Assembly (NCBI RefSeq): GCF_020402745.1
Contig: NZ_JADBYZ010000024.1
Strand: one strand, 5' to 3'
Length of the DNA stretch: 64,000 nucleotides
Origin: Phenylobacterium sp.
GTDB lineage: Bacteria; Pseudomonadota; Alphaproteobacteria; Caulobacterales; Caulobacteraceae
The first letter of the stretch is position 1. The number at the start of each line of letters is the position of its first letter. Both the position numbers and the translations under genes were made by a program. The notes below the pieces were generated by a model that searched no databases, was not told where the DNA came from, and saw only the letters and a program-made list of their open reading frames with translations. Below are positions 36,730-45,422 of the stretch, piece after piece.

Positions 36730-38520
36730 ATGACCGAACACTATGAAGACGAGGACGAGGCGCCTCGCGAGCGCACCCTCTCCAACCTCCAGGTGATGGG
36801 ATTCATCGCCAGCTTCTGGCTGCGTCGCCCCTGGCGGCTGACCTGGGTGGTGACCTTCGCCCTGGTCTCGATCGGCCTCGACATGGCCATGCCCTGGGCG
36901 GCGGGGCGGATGGTCGACACCCTGACCCAAGGCTCCGCCCTGGCGCCGGACGCCTGGCGCTGGTGGGCGATCTTCATCGGGCTCGGCGTGGCCCTGGCCC
37001 TGGTGCGGAACATCCGCGACAAGCCCTGGTGCCAGCTGGCGGCCTTCAACATGAAGGAAATGACCGACGCCGGCTTTGCGCGGGTCCAGGCCTATTCCGC
37101 CGACTGGCACGCCGACGCCTTCGCGGGCGCCACCGTGCGCAAGCTCAGCCGCGCCATGTGGGCCTACGACCAGATCTCGGACGCCGTGATCATGTGGATC
37201 GGCCCGGCCCTGCTGGTGCTGGTCGGCCTGTCGGTGATGATGATCCTGCGCTGGCCCATGGTCGGGCTGTTTTCGTTGTTCGCCGTCGCCTTGTTCATCG
37301 GCTCCAATATGTTCCTGATCTCCCGCTACGCCCGGCCGCTGAACCAGCGCTCGGTGTCGTTGGACACCCGGATCGGCGGCGCCCTGGCGGACTCCATCTC
37401 GGGCAACACCGCCGTGCGCAGCTTTGGCGCCGAGGCGCGGGAGGAGGCCCGGATCGCCGACGTGACCTCCCTCTGGCGCGACGCGGTGATCCGCACCTGG
37501 TACAGCTTCACCGATATCTGGCTGGTGCAGAACCTCCTGCTGGCCTTCCTCCAGGCCGGTCTGACGGGCCTCTTGATCCACCTGTGGACCCGGGGCGAGG
37601 CGACTCCCGGCGATGTCGTCTTTGGCGTCACGGCCTTCATGCTGATGAGCGGCTACCTGCGGAACCTGGGGGACAATATCCGCATGCTGCAGAAGGGCCT
37701 GGACGACGCCGAGGATCTGGCCCGTTACATGCGCACCGCGCCCCAGGTGCCGGACCGGCCGGACGCTCGTCCCTTCGCACCCGGCGCCGGCGAGATCGTC
37801 TTTGACCGCGCGGGCTTCGGCTACGCCAAGTCGGGGCGCAGCCTGTTCAACGATTTCTCCCTGCGTATCCAGCCTGGCGAGCGTGTGGCGCTTGTGGGGC
37901 CCACAGGCTCGGGCAAGTCGACCTTCGTCAAGCTGATCCAGCGGCTCTACGATGTGAACTCCGGCGCGATCCGGGTGGACGGCCAGGACGTGGCGTCGGT
38001 GACCCAGACCAGCCTGCGCCGAGCCATCGCCGTCGTGCCGCAGGATCCAGCCCTGTTCCATCGGAGCATTGCCGAGAACATCGCCTATGGCCGGCCGGAG
38101 GCGACTCCGGCGGAGATTGAACTGGCCGCCCGCCGGGCGAGGGCCCACGACTTCATCGCCCGCCTGCCGGGCGGTTACGGCACCCTGGTGGGCGAGCGGG
38201 GGGTGAAGCTGTCCGGGGGCGAGCGTCAGAGGGTGGCCATCGCCCGGGCCTTCCTGGCGGATGCGCCCATCCTGGTCCTGGATGAGGCGACATCGTCCCT
38301 CGACGTGGAGACCGAGCGCGAGGTGCAGGCGGCCATGGAGGCCCTGATGGAGGGGCGGACCACGGTCATCATCGCCCACCGGCTTTCCACCGTCCGGAAT
38401 GCGGACCGGATCCTCGTCTTTGAGGACGGCCGTATCCTCGAGGAGGGGGGGCATGATGAGCTGGTCCGGCGCGGCGGCGCCTACGCCCGGCTTCACGCCG
38501 TGACCCTGGGCGCCGCCTGA
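36730..38520 (+). CDS. ABC exporter, fused permease/ATPase (type I exporter, substrate unknown)
   Basis: 596 aa. After the N-terminal TM domain come Walker A GPTGSGKST, the signature LSGGERQRVAIARA and Walker B ILVLDEATSSLD. Confidence 0.85.
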   Translation: MTEHYEDEDEAPRERTLSNLQVMGFIASFWLRRPWRLTWVVTFALVSIGLDMAMPWAAGRMVDTLTQGSALAPDAWRWWAIFIGLGVALALVRNIRDKPWCQLAAFNMKEMTDAGFARVQAYSADWHADAFAGATVRKLSRAMWAYDQISDAVIMWIGPALLVLVGLSVMMILRWPMVGLFSLFAVALFIGSNMFLISRYARPLNQRSVSLDTRIGGALADSISGNTAVRSFGAEAREEARIADVTSLWRDAVIRTWYSFTDIWLVQNLLLAFLQAGLTGLLIHLWTRGEATPGDVVFGVTAFMLMSGYLRNLGDNIRMLQKGLDDAEDLARYMRTAPQVPDRPDARPFAPGAGEIVFDRAGFGYAKSGRSLFNDFSLRIQPGERVALVGPTGSGKSTFVKLIQRLYDVNSGAIRVDGQDVASVTQTSLRRAIAVVPQDPALFHRSIAENIAYGRPEATPAEIELAARRARAHDFIARLPGGYGTLVGERGVKLSGGERQRVAIARAFLADAPILVLDEATSSLDVETEREVQAAMEALMEGRTTVIIAHRLSTVRNADRILVFEDGRILEEGGHDELVRRGGAYARLHAVTLGAA

Positions 38521-38573
38521 GGACGACTTGAGCCCGCCTCTCCAGGGGCGCAGAGTGTCGGCGAAGCGCCGGA

Positions 38574-39392
38574 GTGCGGATGGCCAGTTACCTAGAGACG
38601 GTCCGGGAGTGGTTCCGCGCGCGGCTGGATGCGCCGGGCGGCCTCTCCACGCCGGAGGGTGCGACCCTGGGCCTTCGGGTCCTGGCCATCTGGCGCTCCC
38701 GGATGATCGCCCAGGCCCTTCGCAACCTGGAGGACGGCCGGGTGCTGGGCGGTCCGTTCGCGGGCATGGCCTATGTGGAGTCCGCCACTGAGGGCGCCCT
38801 GGCCCCCCGCCTGGTCGGGACCTACGAGGACGAGCTTCATCCTCACCTGGCCACAGCTCTGGCGGCGGACCCGGAGGTCATTCTCGATATCGGCTGCGCT
38901 GAGGGATACTACGCCGTGGGGTTGGCCCGGTTGGCTCCCCGTGCGGTGATCCACGCCCACGATACCTCCGAGACCGCGCAGGCGGCATGCCGGCGGATGG
39001 CGGAGCTGAATGGGGTGGAGGCCCGCGTCCGAACCGGGGGCCTCTTTCACCCGGAGGACTTCCAGGCTTTCGCCGATCGCCGCTGCCTGGTCATCGTCGA
39101 CATCGAGGGCGCCGAGGAGGACCTGCTGAGACCAGACCTCGCCCCGGCCCTGGCCGGCATGCGGCTGATCGTCGAGACGCACGATGTCTATCGCCCGGGG
39201 GTGCTGGACCGGGTCCGAGCGCGCTTCGAGGCCACCCACGAGATTACGGTGGTGCATCCCGGTCCCAAGACCGCGCCCCTGCCGGAGATCCTGCGCAACC
39301 GCAGCCACCTGGACCAGCTGCTCGCGGTCTGGGAGTTCCGCGCCGCCCCGACGCCCTGGCTGGTGATGACGCCGAAGCGCTCATTCCGATAG
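38574..39392 (+). CDS. Putative class I SAM-dependent methyltransferase whose 3' end is rebuilt by the islet junction
   Basis: 272 aa. It has a motif I-like ILDIGCAEGYYAVGLA and an acidic post-I HAHDTSE. The last 3 codons (FR*) lie beyond the left direct repeat, in islet-side sequence. Confidence 0.55.
   Translation: MRMASYLETVREWFRARLDAPGGLSTPEGATLGLRVLAIWRSRMIAQALRNLEDGRVLGGPFAGMAYVESATEGALAPRLVGTYEDELHPHLATALAADPEVILDIGCAEGYYAVGLARLAPRAVIHAHDTSETAQAACRRMAELNGVEARVRTGGLFHPEDFQAFADRRCLVIVDIEGAEEDLLRPDLAPALAGMRLIVETHDVYRPGVLDRVRARFEATHEITVVHPGPKTAPLPEILRNRSHLDQLLAVWEFRAAPTPWLVMTPKRSFR
39327..39383 (+). repeat. Left 57-bp direct repeat (3' end of the methyltransferase ORF)
   Basis: GTCTGGGAGTTCCGCGCCGCCCCGACGCCCTGGCTGGTGATGACGCCGAAGCGCTCA matches 40231-40287 at 55 of 57 positions. 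Confidence 0.9.
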
Positions 39393-40230
39393 GAAAGAAA
39401 ATGAACAAGGAAACATACTACAATATTATTAAAACGCTGTTCTGTTTATTGTTCCCGATAATCATGGGATCTATGGCATTTGTGATCGGAATTGATGGAG
39501 GAGTGAGCAAGTTTATTCGTGAATATCAAACATTGATATCATCATTTGTTGGAGTAATTGTTTCTATTGTTGGGGTTATAGTTATTGTGCATCAGATCAA
39601 TGAAAATTCACGTATTGAGATGAATATCCGAAAAAGAAAGGTAAATAGTGCTGTCGCTGGAATTACAAATGAAATTTCAGAGATATTAAAATGGACAAAT
39701 CAAATAAACAACAACTACAAGGCATTAATAACTGCAAATGAATGTAACGATAATCTAGTTGTCGATAGAGGATTTCACTCCATGGATAATTGTCAAATAG
39801 ATACAGAAAAATTTACATCAATGAGATTGATAATGGAGAATACAGATGACAATGAAATATCTGCGAGAATTGCAAACTTGTTTCATAATATACAAATAAA
39901 CAATTCAAGATATCAATCTGTAAGGAATCACAAGAAATATAATGTTAACACAAACACAATTCTATCAAAATTCTATATAACGTCTAACATGTCGTTGAAT
40001 ATACGAATACACGCAATTGCTTCCGACCTTATGTCGGAAACAAGATTTTCTCTAGGTGATAACGATATAATGAAACCGAGTGAAGAGAATATAAATAACA
40101 GTTTAAGTATCATGGGTGTATATGAAGACGATTTTCCGGAGATTCACAAGCAGTTGCGCAAGATCTGATTATGTAGACATGAACTCCAGGTCAACTTGTT
40201 GTTATCATTGTTATTCTCAATCGACGCCGC
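39384..40230. mobile_element. Low-G+C single-gene islet (putative integrated cassette); no recombinase present
   Basis: There is an abrupt composition shift. Hand counts of 60-nt lines give 20/60 and 16/60 G+C inside, against 46/60 in the flanking line 39301-39360. The islet is bounded by the 57-bp direct repeats and contains one ORF. Confidence 0.7.
39401..40168 (+). CDS. Orphan membrane protein (255 aa, two predicted N-terminal TM helices, Asn/Ile/Lys-rich)
   Basis: The ATG is preceded by GGAAAG. The uninterrupted 768-nt frame in AT-rich DNA is itself improbable by chance. Hydrophobic stretches are IKTLFCLLFPIIMGSMAFVIGI and LISSFVGVIVSIVGVIVIV. I recognise no family motif. Confidence 0.65.
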   Translation: MNKETYYNIIKTLFCLLFPIIMGSMAFVIGIDGGVSKFIREYQTLISSFVGVIVSIVGVIVIVHQINENSRIEMNIRKRKVNSAVAGITNEISEILKWTNQINNNYKALITANECNDNLVVDRGFHSMDNCQIDTEKFTSMRLIMENTDDNEISARIANLFHNIQINNSRYQSVRNHKKYNVNTNTILSKFYITSNMSLNIRIHAIASDLMSETRFSLGDNDIMKPSEENINNSLSIMGVYEDDFPEIHKQLRKI

Positions 40231-40287
40231 GTCTGGGAGTTCCGCGCTGCGCCGACGCCCTGGCTGGTGATGACGCCGAAGCGCTCA
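40231..40287 (+). repeat. Right 57-bp direct repeat (displaced copy of the methyltransferase 3' end)
   Basis: It has 55/57 identity to 39327-39383. Both differences (40248, 40251) fall on third codon positions (GCC>GCT, GCC>GCG, both Ala). It is followed by GTC TAG and GC-rich host-like sequence. Confidence 0.9.
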
Positions 40288-40391
40288 GTCTAGGCGGGCG
40301 ACCTCGCCCGCGAGGCGGCCGGCCAGGTCGCCCCGGGGCTCCACCGCCTCCAGGCCCCGCCGGCGGGCCTCCCGGGCCGAAAGGTCGGCCT

Positions 40392-41165
40392 TCACCGGGC
40401 CAATCGGCCGTCCGACAGGGCGCCCAGTTCGAAGGTGAAGAGGACGGCGGGATCGGGAGCCTCGACCTCCCCGGCGATCGCCTCCGGCGCCAGGGTGCGG
40501 ACGAGGTGGCGCAGGATGGCCAGGCGCGCCGGCTTCTTCTGGTCTGAGCGAACGCAGGTCCAGGGCGAATTCTCCGAATGGGTGCGCCTCAGCATGCTGT
40601 CCCGGGCCTCGGAGTAGTTGTCGAAGCGGGATTGCGCAGCCTCGTCCAGGGGGCTGGACTTCAGGACCTTGAGGGGGTCGGTGCGGCGTTCCTCAAGGCG
40701 CTTCTTCTGTTCCTTCCGGCTGACGTCCAGCCACAGCTTGACGAGCCTCACGCCGCTGTCGACCAGCATGCCCTCGAAGGCTGGAACCTCGCGGAGGAAG
40801 TGCTCGTGCTCGTCCTCCGTGCAGAAGCCCATGACCGGCTCGACCCCGCCCCGGTTGTACCAGGACCGGTTGAAGATCACGGTCTCGCCGGCGGCCGGAA
40901 GCCACTGGACATAGCGCTGGAAGAACCACTGGCTGCGCTCCCGGTCGGAGGGCTTGGGCGGGGCGATGACCCGGGTCGCCCGGGTGGACAGGTGCTCGGT
41001 GATCCTGTGGATTGAGCCGTCCTTGCCGGCCGCGTCGCGACCCTCGAAGATGATCAGGACCTTGTCGCCCTCGGCGATGGCGTGCTGCTGGTAGCGGACC
41101 AGGGCCAGTTGCAGGCGCTGGAGATCCGCCTCGTAGGCGTCGTTTGAAGAAGTCTTGTCGCTCAT
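40392..41165 (-). CDS. ppk2: Polyphosphate kinase 2 family protein
   Basis: 257 aa. It has the PPK2 P-loop FEGRDAAGKDG and the lid region NRSWYNR. Confidence 0.9.
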   Translation of the reverse strand: MSDKTSSNDAYEADLQRLQLALVRYQQHAIAEGDKVLIIFEGRDAAGKDGSIHRITEHLSTRATRVIAPPKPSDRERSQWFFQRYVQWLPAAGETVIFNRSWYNRGGVEPVMGFCTEDEHEHFLREVPAFEGMLVDSGVRLVKLWLDVSRKEQKKRLEERRTDPLKVLKSSPLDEAAQSRFDNYSEARDSMLRRTHSENSPWTCVRSDQKKPARLAILRHLVRTLAPEAIAGEVEAPDPAVLFTFELGALSDGRLAR

Positions 41166-41210
41166 TTGGCGAGCCTAGCCGGGACGGCGGCTTCGGGTCT
41201 AGGAGGAACC

Positions 41211-41933
41211 ATGATCCGACTCTTTGTCGCAAACGACCTTTCCGAGGGTGGGGAGATTGTCCTGCCCGAGACCCAGGGGCGGTACCTGACCCAGGTGATG
41301 CGGCGCGGGCCCGGGGACGAGGTGTTGCTCTTCAACGGACGGGACGGGGAGTGGCGAGCTCGGATCGCCACGGCGGGCAAGCGGGTGACGACGCTGGCAT
41401 TGGTGGACCAGACCCGGGTCCAGCCGCCGCTGGGCGGGCTTGTCCTGGTCATGGCCCTGGTCAAACGGACGCCCCTCGAGACGGTGGTCGCCAAGGCGGT
41501 GGAGTTGGGCGTCGCCGAGATTCGTCTGGTTACGACCGAGCGGACCAACGCCGACCACACGCGTATCGACCGGCTAGAGGCCATCGCTGCAGAGGCCGCC
41601 GAGCAGACCGGGCGGCTTGATGTTCCTCGAATTCACCCGCCGGAGCCCCTGTTGATGGCGCTGGACACCGGACCGGGCGGAGGGCGGCTGATCTACTGCG
41701 ACGAGGCTGGCGATGCGCCTCCCCTGTTGGAGGCCCTCGGCGGCCAGACCCCCGGCCCTATGGCTGTACTGATAGGTCCTGAAGGCGGGTTCTCGGCCTC
41801 CGAGAGGGCGGGACTGAGATCGCGCAGCGGCGTCATCGCAGCGTCGCTTGGACCGCGCATTCTGAGAGCGGACACGGCGGCCCTGTCCGCCCTGACCCTG
41901 GTCCAGGCGGCGCTTGGGGACTGGCGGACCTGA
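41211..41933 (+). CDS. rsmE: 16S rRNA (uracil1498-N3)-methyltransferase
   Basis: I placed the start at ATG 41211, preceded by AGGAGG. The sequence is MIRLFVANDLSEGGEIVLPETQGRYLTQVMRRGPGDEVLLFNGRDGEW, and the C-terminal SPOUT knot has IGPEGGFS. Confidence 0.85.
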   Translation: MIRLFVANDLSEGGEIVLPETQGRYLTQVMRRGPGDEVLLFNGRDGEWRARIATAGKRVTTLALVDQTRVQPPLGGLVLVMALVKRTPLETVVAKAVELGVAEIRLVTTERTNADHTRIDRLEAIAAEAAEQTGRLDVPRIHPPEPLLMALDTGPGGGRLIYCDEAGDAPPLLEALGGQTPGPMAVLIGPEGGFSASERAGLRSRSGVIAASLGPRILRADTAALSALTLVQAALGDWRT

Positions 41934-42044
41934 TTTCCTGAACGCACTCGAGAAATCCTGATTTGCGCGCAGGCGACTTAACGGCGTAAAGATCGCCCCC
42001 GCCCGCAAGGCGGGAGCGGGAAGGGAACCTACGGGTAGAGGGGC

Positions 42045-43403
42045 ATGGCCGACTCCAAGGTCGACGATCGACCGCTGGATTTCTCCGACATCGTCGGTTG
42101 GCTGCAGGCGGGCGAGACGCCCCCTGCCGACTGGCGCGTGGGTGCGGAGCACGAGAAGTTCGTTTTCAGGACGGCGGATCACGCCCCTGTCCTCTACGAG
42201 GGCGAAGGCGGCATCCTGGCTCTGATGGAAGGGCTCAAGGCCTACGGCTGGACGAACGTCCTCGAGGGCCAGACCGTGATCGGCCTTGAGCGCGGGCGGG
42301 CCAATGTCAGTCTGGAGCCCGGCGGCCAGTTCGAACTTTCCGGCGCGCCCCTGGCCGACATGCACGAGATCGCCGCAGAGACGGCCGGTCATCTGGATGA
42401 GGTCAAGGCGGTCGGCGAAAGGCTCGGCTTGGGGTTCCTCGGGTTGGGCTTCACTCCGGAATGGACCCTCGCCCAGGTTCCGGTCATGCCCAAGGGGCGT
42501 TACCGGATTATGCGCGCCTACATGCCCAAGGTCGGCGGACTGGGCCTGGACATGATGTTCCGCACCTGCACGGTGCAGGCCAATCTCGACTTCGAGAGCG
42601 AGGCGGATATGCGGCTGAAGTTCCGCACCAGCCTGGCCCTGCAGCCGGTGGTGACCGCCCTGTTCGCCAACTCCCCCTTCGTGGAGGGACGGCCCTCGGG
42701 CTTCCTGACCGCCCGCGCCAACGTCTGGACCGATACCGATCCGGACCGGACGGGCATGCTGGGTTTCGTCTTCGCAGACGGGTTCGGTTACGAGGCCTAC
42801 GCCAATTATCTGCTGGATGTTCCGATGTACTTCGCCAAACGGAACGGCGCTTACGTCGATCTTTCGGGGCGTTCCTTCCGGCAGTTCATGACCTCGGGCT
42901 TCGAAGATCTGCCGGGCGACCGGCCGAGTCTCAAGGACTTCGCCGACCACGCCACCACGGCCTTTCCGGAAGTGCGCCTCAAGCAGTACCTGGAGATGCG
43001 CGGCGCGGACGCCGGGCCGCGACCGATGCTGGACGCCCTGCCGTCCGTTTGGACCGGGCTGCTTTACGACCGCGCGGCCCTGGAGGCGGCTTGGGACCTT
43101 TGTCGCGACTGGCCTCTGGAGTCCCACGAACGCCTGCGGGCGGACGTGACCCGGCTGGGCCTCCGGGCGCAGATCGGTTCCCGGACGGTCCGGGACGTCG
43201 CCCGCGACCTTGTCGCCATCGCTTCCGAAGGCTTGAAGCGCCGGGCCCGGACCGACGCCTACGGCGCAGACGAGCGCCGCTACCTCGAACCCCTGGCCGA
43301 GATCGCTGAGAGCGGCCTGACCCAGGCGGACCGGCTGCTGGACAAGTTCCACGGCCCCTGGGGCGGGCGAATGGGCCCGGTCTGGAGCGAGGCCGCTTTC
43401 TGA
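42045..43403 (+). CDS. gshA: Glutamate--cysteine ligase (plant/alphaproteobacterial GCS2 type)
   Basis: 452 aa. Examples of the sequence are WRVGAEHEKF, LEPGGQFELSGAP and MFRTCTVQANLD, typical of GCS2-family enzymes as I recall them. Confidence 0.85.
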   Translation: MADSKVDDRPLDFSDIVGWLQAGETPPADWRVGAEHEKFVFRTADHAPVLYEGEGGILALMEGLKAYGWTNVLEGQTVIGLERGRANVSLEPGGQFELSGAPLADMHEIAAETAGHLDEVKAVGERLGLGFLGLGFTPEWTLAQVPVMPKGRYRIMRAYMPKVGGLGLDMMFRTCTVQANLDFESEADMRLKFRTSLALQPVVTALFANSPFVEGRPSGFLTARANVWTDTDPDRTGMLGFVFADGFGYEAYANYLLDVPMYFAKRNGAYVDLSGRSFRQFMTSGFEDLPGDRPSLKDFADHATTAFPEVRLKQYLEMRGADAGPRPMLDALPSVWTGLLYDRAALEAAWDLCRDWPLESHERLRADVTRLGLRAQIGSRTVRDVARDLVAIASEGLKRRARTDAYGADERRYLEPLAEIAESGLTQADRLLDKFHGPWGGRMGPVWSEAAF

Positions 43404-43438
43404 CGCCGTCCGGGGTCTGCTTGCCTGATCCGGCGGCG
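43404..43438 (+). terminator. Hairpin after the gshA stop
   Basis: CGCCG(T)CCGG-16 nt loop-CCGGCGGCG forms a 9-bp stem with one bulge. It is followed by a weakly T-containing tail. Confidence 0.3.
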
Positions 43439-43458
43439 CATGGTCTGTTCTGAGCCTG

Positions 43459-45393
43459 TTGACTTTGCGGGTCCGCTTGGCCCGCCCGGCGCCGGGGGGG
43501 CCCGAGATGAACATCGTCATCCTTATTGGACTGGTCGTCACCCTGGCCACCGGCATCCCGGTCCTGCGCCAACTCCTGCGCGAGCATCCCCGGGGACTGC
43601 TGGTCCTGTTCTTCGCCGAGATGTGGGAGCGATTTTCCTATTACGGCATGCGCGGGATCCTCATCTTCTACCTCACCCAGCACCTGATGTTCGACCGGGA
43701 CGAGGCAAGCGCCCTCTATGCGTCCTACACCGCCCTGGTCTACCTGCTGCCTTTGCTGGGGGGCTTCATCGCAGACCGCTGGCTGGGCGCACGCAAGGCG
43801 GTCGCCTTCGGCGCCCTGCTGCTGGTGGCCGGTCACCTTTCAATGGGTTTTGAGGGCAGGCCTTCTCAGCAAGACCTGATCTATGGCGGAACCGTCTATC
43901 CGATTGTCTCTGAGGGCCGGATGGACGACCGGGTGGCTCATATCCTCGTCGATGGGACCAAATATCAGTTCGGTCCGCGCGAGGGCGGCGGGATTTCGAT
44001 CCCGGGCGTTCCGATCGCTTCCGGCCTACCCACCTCGATCCCTGAGGGTGACTACGAAATTCGCACCCTGATCAATAACGGCTCGGCCAGCATGTTTTAC
44101 TTCGCCGTGTCCCTGATCATCCTCGGGGTCGGCTACCTCAAACCCAACATCTCCGCCGTGGTCGGCGAGCTCTATACCCAGGGCGATCCGCGGCGGGATT
44201 CGGGTTTCACCCTCTACTATTACGGCATTAACCTCGGGGCCTTCTGGGCCGCGATCCTCTGCGGCCTGCTTGGCCAGCACTTCGGATGGTGGGCCGGCTT
44301 TGGGCTTGCCGGGGTCGGCATGTTCCTGGGCTGGCTCGTCTTCGTGCTGGGCAAGCCGCTGCTGGAGGGCAAGGGGGAGCCGCCCGACCCAGAGATGCTG
44401 ACCGAGCCTTTCGCCGGCTTTGTCAGCCGTGAGTGGATGACCTACTTCATGTCGATCCTCGCCATCGGCATCGTCTTCCTGACCGTCCAGAACAGCCGGC
44501 TCGTGGGCGCCGCACTGGTGGTCGCCATCCTTCTGTCGCTTCTGGCCCTGGCCTGGATCATCATCAGAGTCTGCCAGACGAAGGCGGAGCGCCAGCGCAT
44601 GGGTCTCGCCGCGATCCTCATCTTAGGATCCGTGATCTTCTTCACCCTCTTTGAGCAGGCGGGTTCCTCCCTCAACCTGTTCGCTTCGACCAATGTCGAC
44701 CTCTCCCTGACGAGTGCGGCGGGGCGGTTCCTGGGCATTCCCTACGGTACGCCCGAGCAACTCGCGGCGATTGGCGTCCAGACCTCAGCCTGGTGGAGCT
44801 GGATCGATACGTCGATGGGTGCGGCCCAAACACAGTCGTTCAATGCGGGCTTCATCCTGATCTTCGCGCCCCTGCTGGCGGCCCTCTGGACCTGGCTCGG
44901 TCAACGGGGCAAGGATCCGAACCCGACCCTGAAGTTCGGCCTGGGTTTGATTCAGGTGGGCCTGGGATTCCTGATCGTGGTCTGGGGCGCCAGCCTTCAC
45001 GACAGCGCCTTCCGCGTACCCCTGGTCCTTCTCGGCCTGCTTTATCTGCTCCACACCACGGGCGAGCTGTTCCTTTCGCCCGTGGGCCTGTCCGAGATCA
45101 CCAAGCTGACCCTGCCCGGCGTCGTCTCCTTCATGATGGCGGTCTGGTTCCTCGCCTCATCGATCGCCCAATATGTGGGCGGCTGGATCGCCGGTTTCCT
45201 GGTTACCGAGTCCGTGGGCGGGGAGGTGCTGGACCCGGAGCTTGCGCTCAATACGGCGATCAGCGGGTTCCGGACCCTGGGGTGGGGCGGGGTGGTCAGT
45301 GGCGTCGCCTTCATCGCGATCAGCTTCGTCGTCCGCACCTGGGCGCATGCGGACAAGCCGGTCCGGGCAGAGCCCCCGGCCCAGGCCTCCTGA
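43459..45393 (+). CDS. Proton-dependent oligopeptide transporter (POT/PTR2 family)
   Basis: It has the PTR2 signature FFAEMWERFSYYGMRGILIFYL and about 14 TM segments. An alternative start is ATG 43507. Confidence 0.9.
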   Translation: MTLRVRLARPAPGGPEMNIVILIGLVVTLATGIPVLRQLLREHPRGLLVLFFAEMWERFSYYGMRGILIFYLTQHLMFDRDEASALYASYTALVYLLPLLGGFIADRWLGARKAVAFGALLLVAGHLSMGFEGRPSQQDLIYGGTVYPIVSEGRMDDRVAHILVDGTKYQFGPREGGGISIPGVPIASGLPTSIPEGDYEIRTLINNGSASMFYFAVSLIILGVGYLKPNISAVVGELYTQGDPRRDSGFTLYYYGINLGAFWAAILCGLLGQHFGWWAGFGLAGVGMFLGWLVFVLGKPLLEGKGEPPDPEMLTEPFAGFVSREWMTYFMSILAIGIVFLTVQNSRLVGAALVVAILLSLLALAWIIIRVCQTKAERQRMGLAAILILGSVIFFTLFEQAGSSLNLFASTNVDLSLTSAAGRFLGIPYGTPEQLAAIGVQTSAWWSWIDTSMGAAQTQSFNAGFILIFAPLLAALWTWLGQRGKDPNPTLKFGLGLIQVGLGFLIVVWGASLHDSAFRVPLVLLGLLYLLHTTGELFLSPVGLSEITKLTLPGVVSFMMAVWFLASSIAQYVGGWIAGFLVTESVGGEVLDPELALNTAISGFRTLGWGGVVSGVAFIAISFVVRTWAHADKPVRAEPPAQAS

Positions 45394-45422
45394 AGCGGGC
45401 GTCCGGCGGCGGTCGTCGGGGT

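Noticed and set aside
35410-38496. 1028-aa ORF on the minus strand, the longest ORF in this part of the track.
   Set aside because: It is antisense to the well-supported ABC exporter (Walker A/B and signature motifs on the plus strand) and overlaps ubiA in another frame. The product is Arg/Pro/Gly/Ala-rich low-complexity sequence, typical of stop-free antisense frames in very GC-rich DNA.
38987-40168. 393-aa ORF that fuses GC-rich sequence to the AT-rich islet ORF.
   Set aside because: The first roughly 138 codons are an out-of-frame read through the methyltransferase gene and are Arg/Pro/Gly-rich. Composition changes abruptly at 39384. An ATG with GGAAAG upstream at 39401 gives the sensible 255-aa product.
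39327-40287. Integron gene cassette with an attC site.
   Set aside because: The ORF is promoterless like a cassette. However, I found no inverted core sites (RYYYAAC/GTTRRRY) or imperfect palindrome in the 62 bp after the ORF or in the 57-bp repeat. No intI/attI lies nearby, and the repeat is host coding sequence.
41574-43556. 660-aa minus-strand ORF.
   Set aside because: It is antisense to gshA and the rsmE 3' end. It has no motifs, and its composition is that of a GC-rich shadow ORF.
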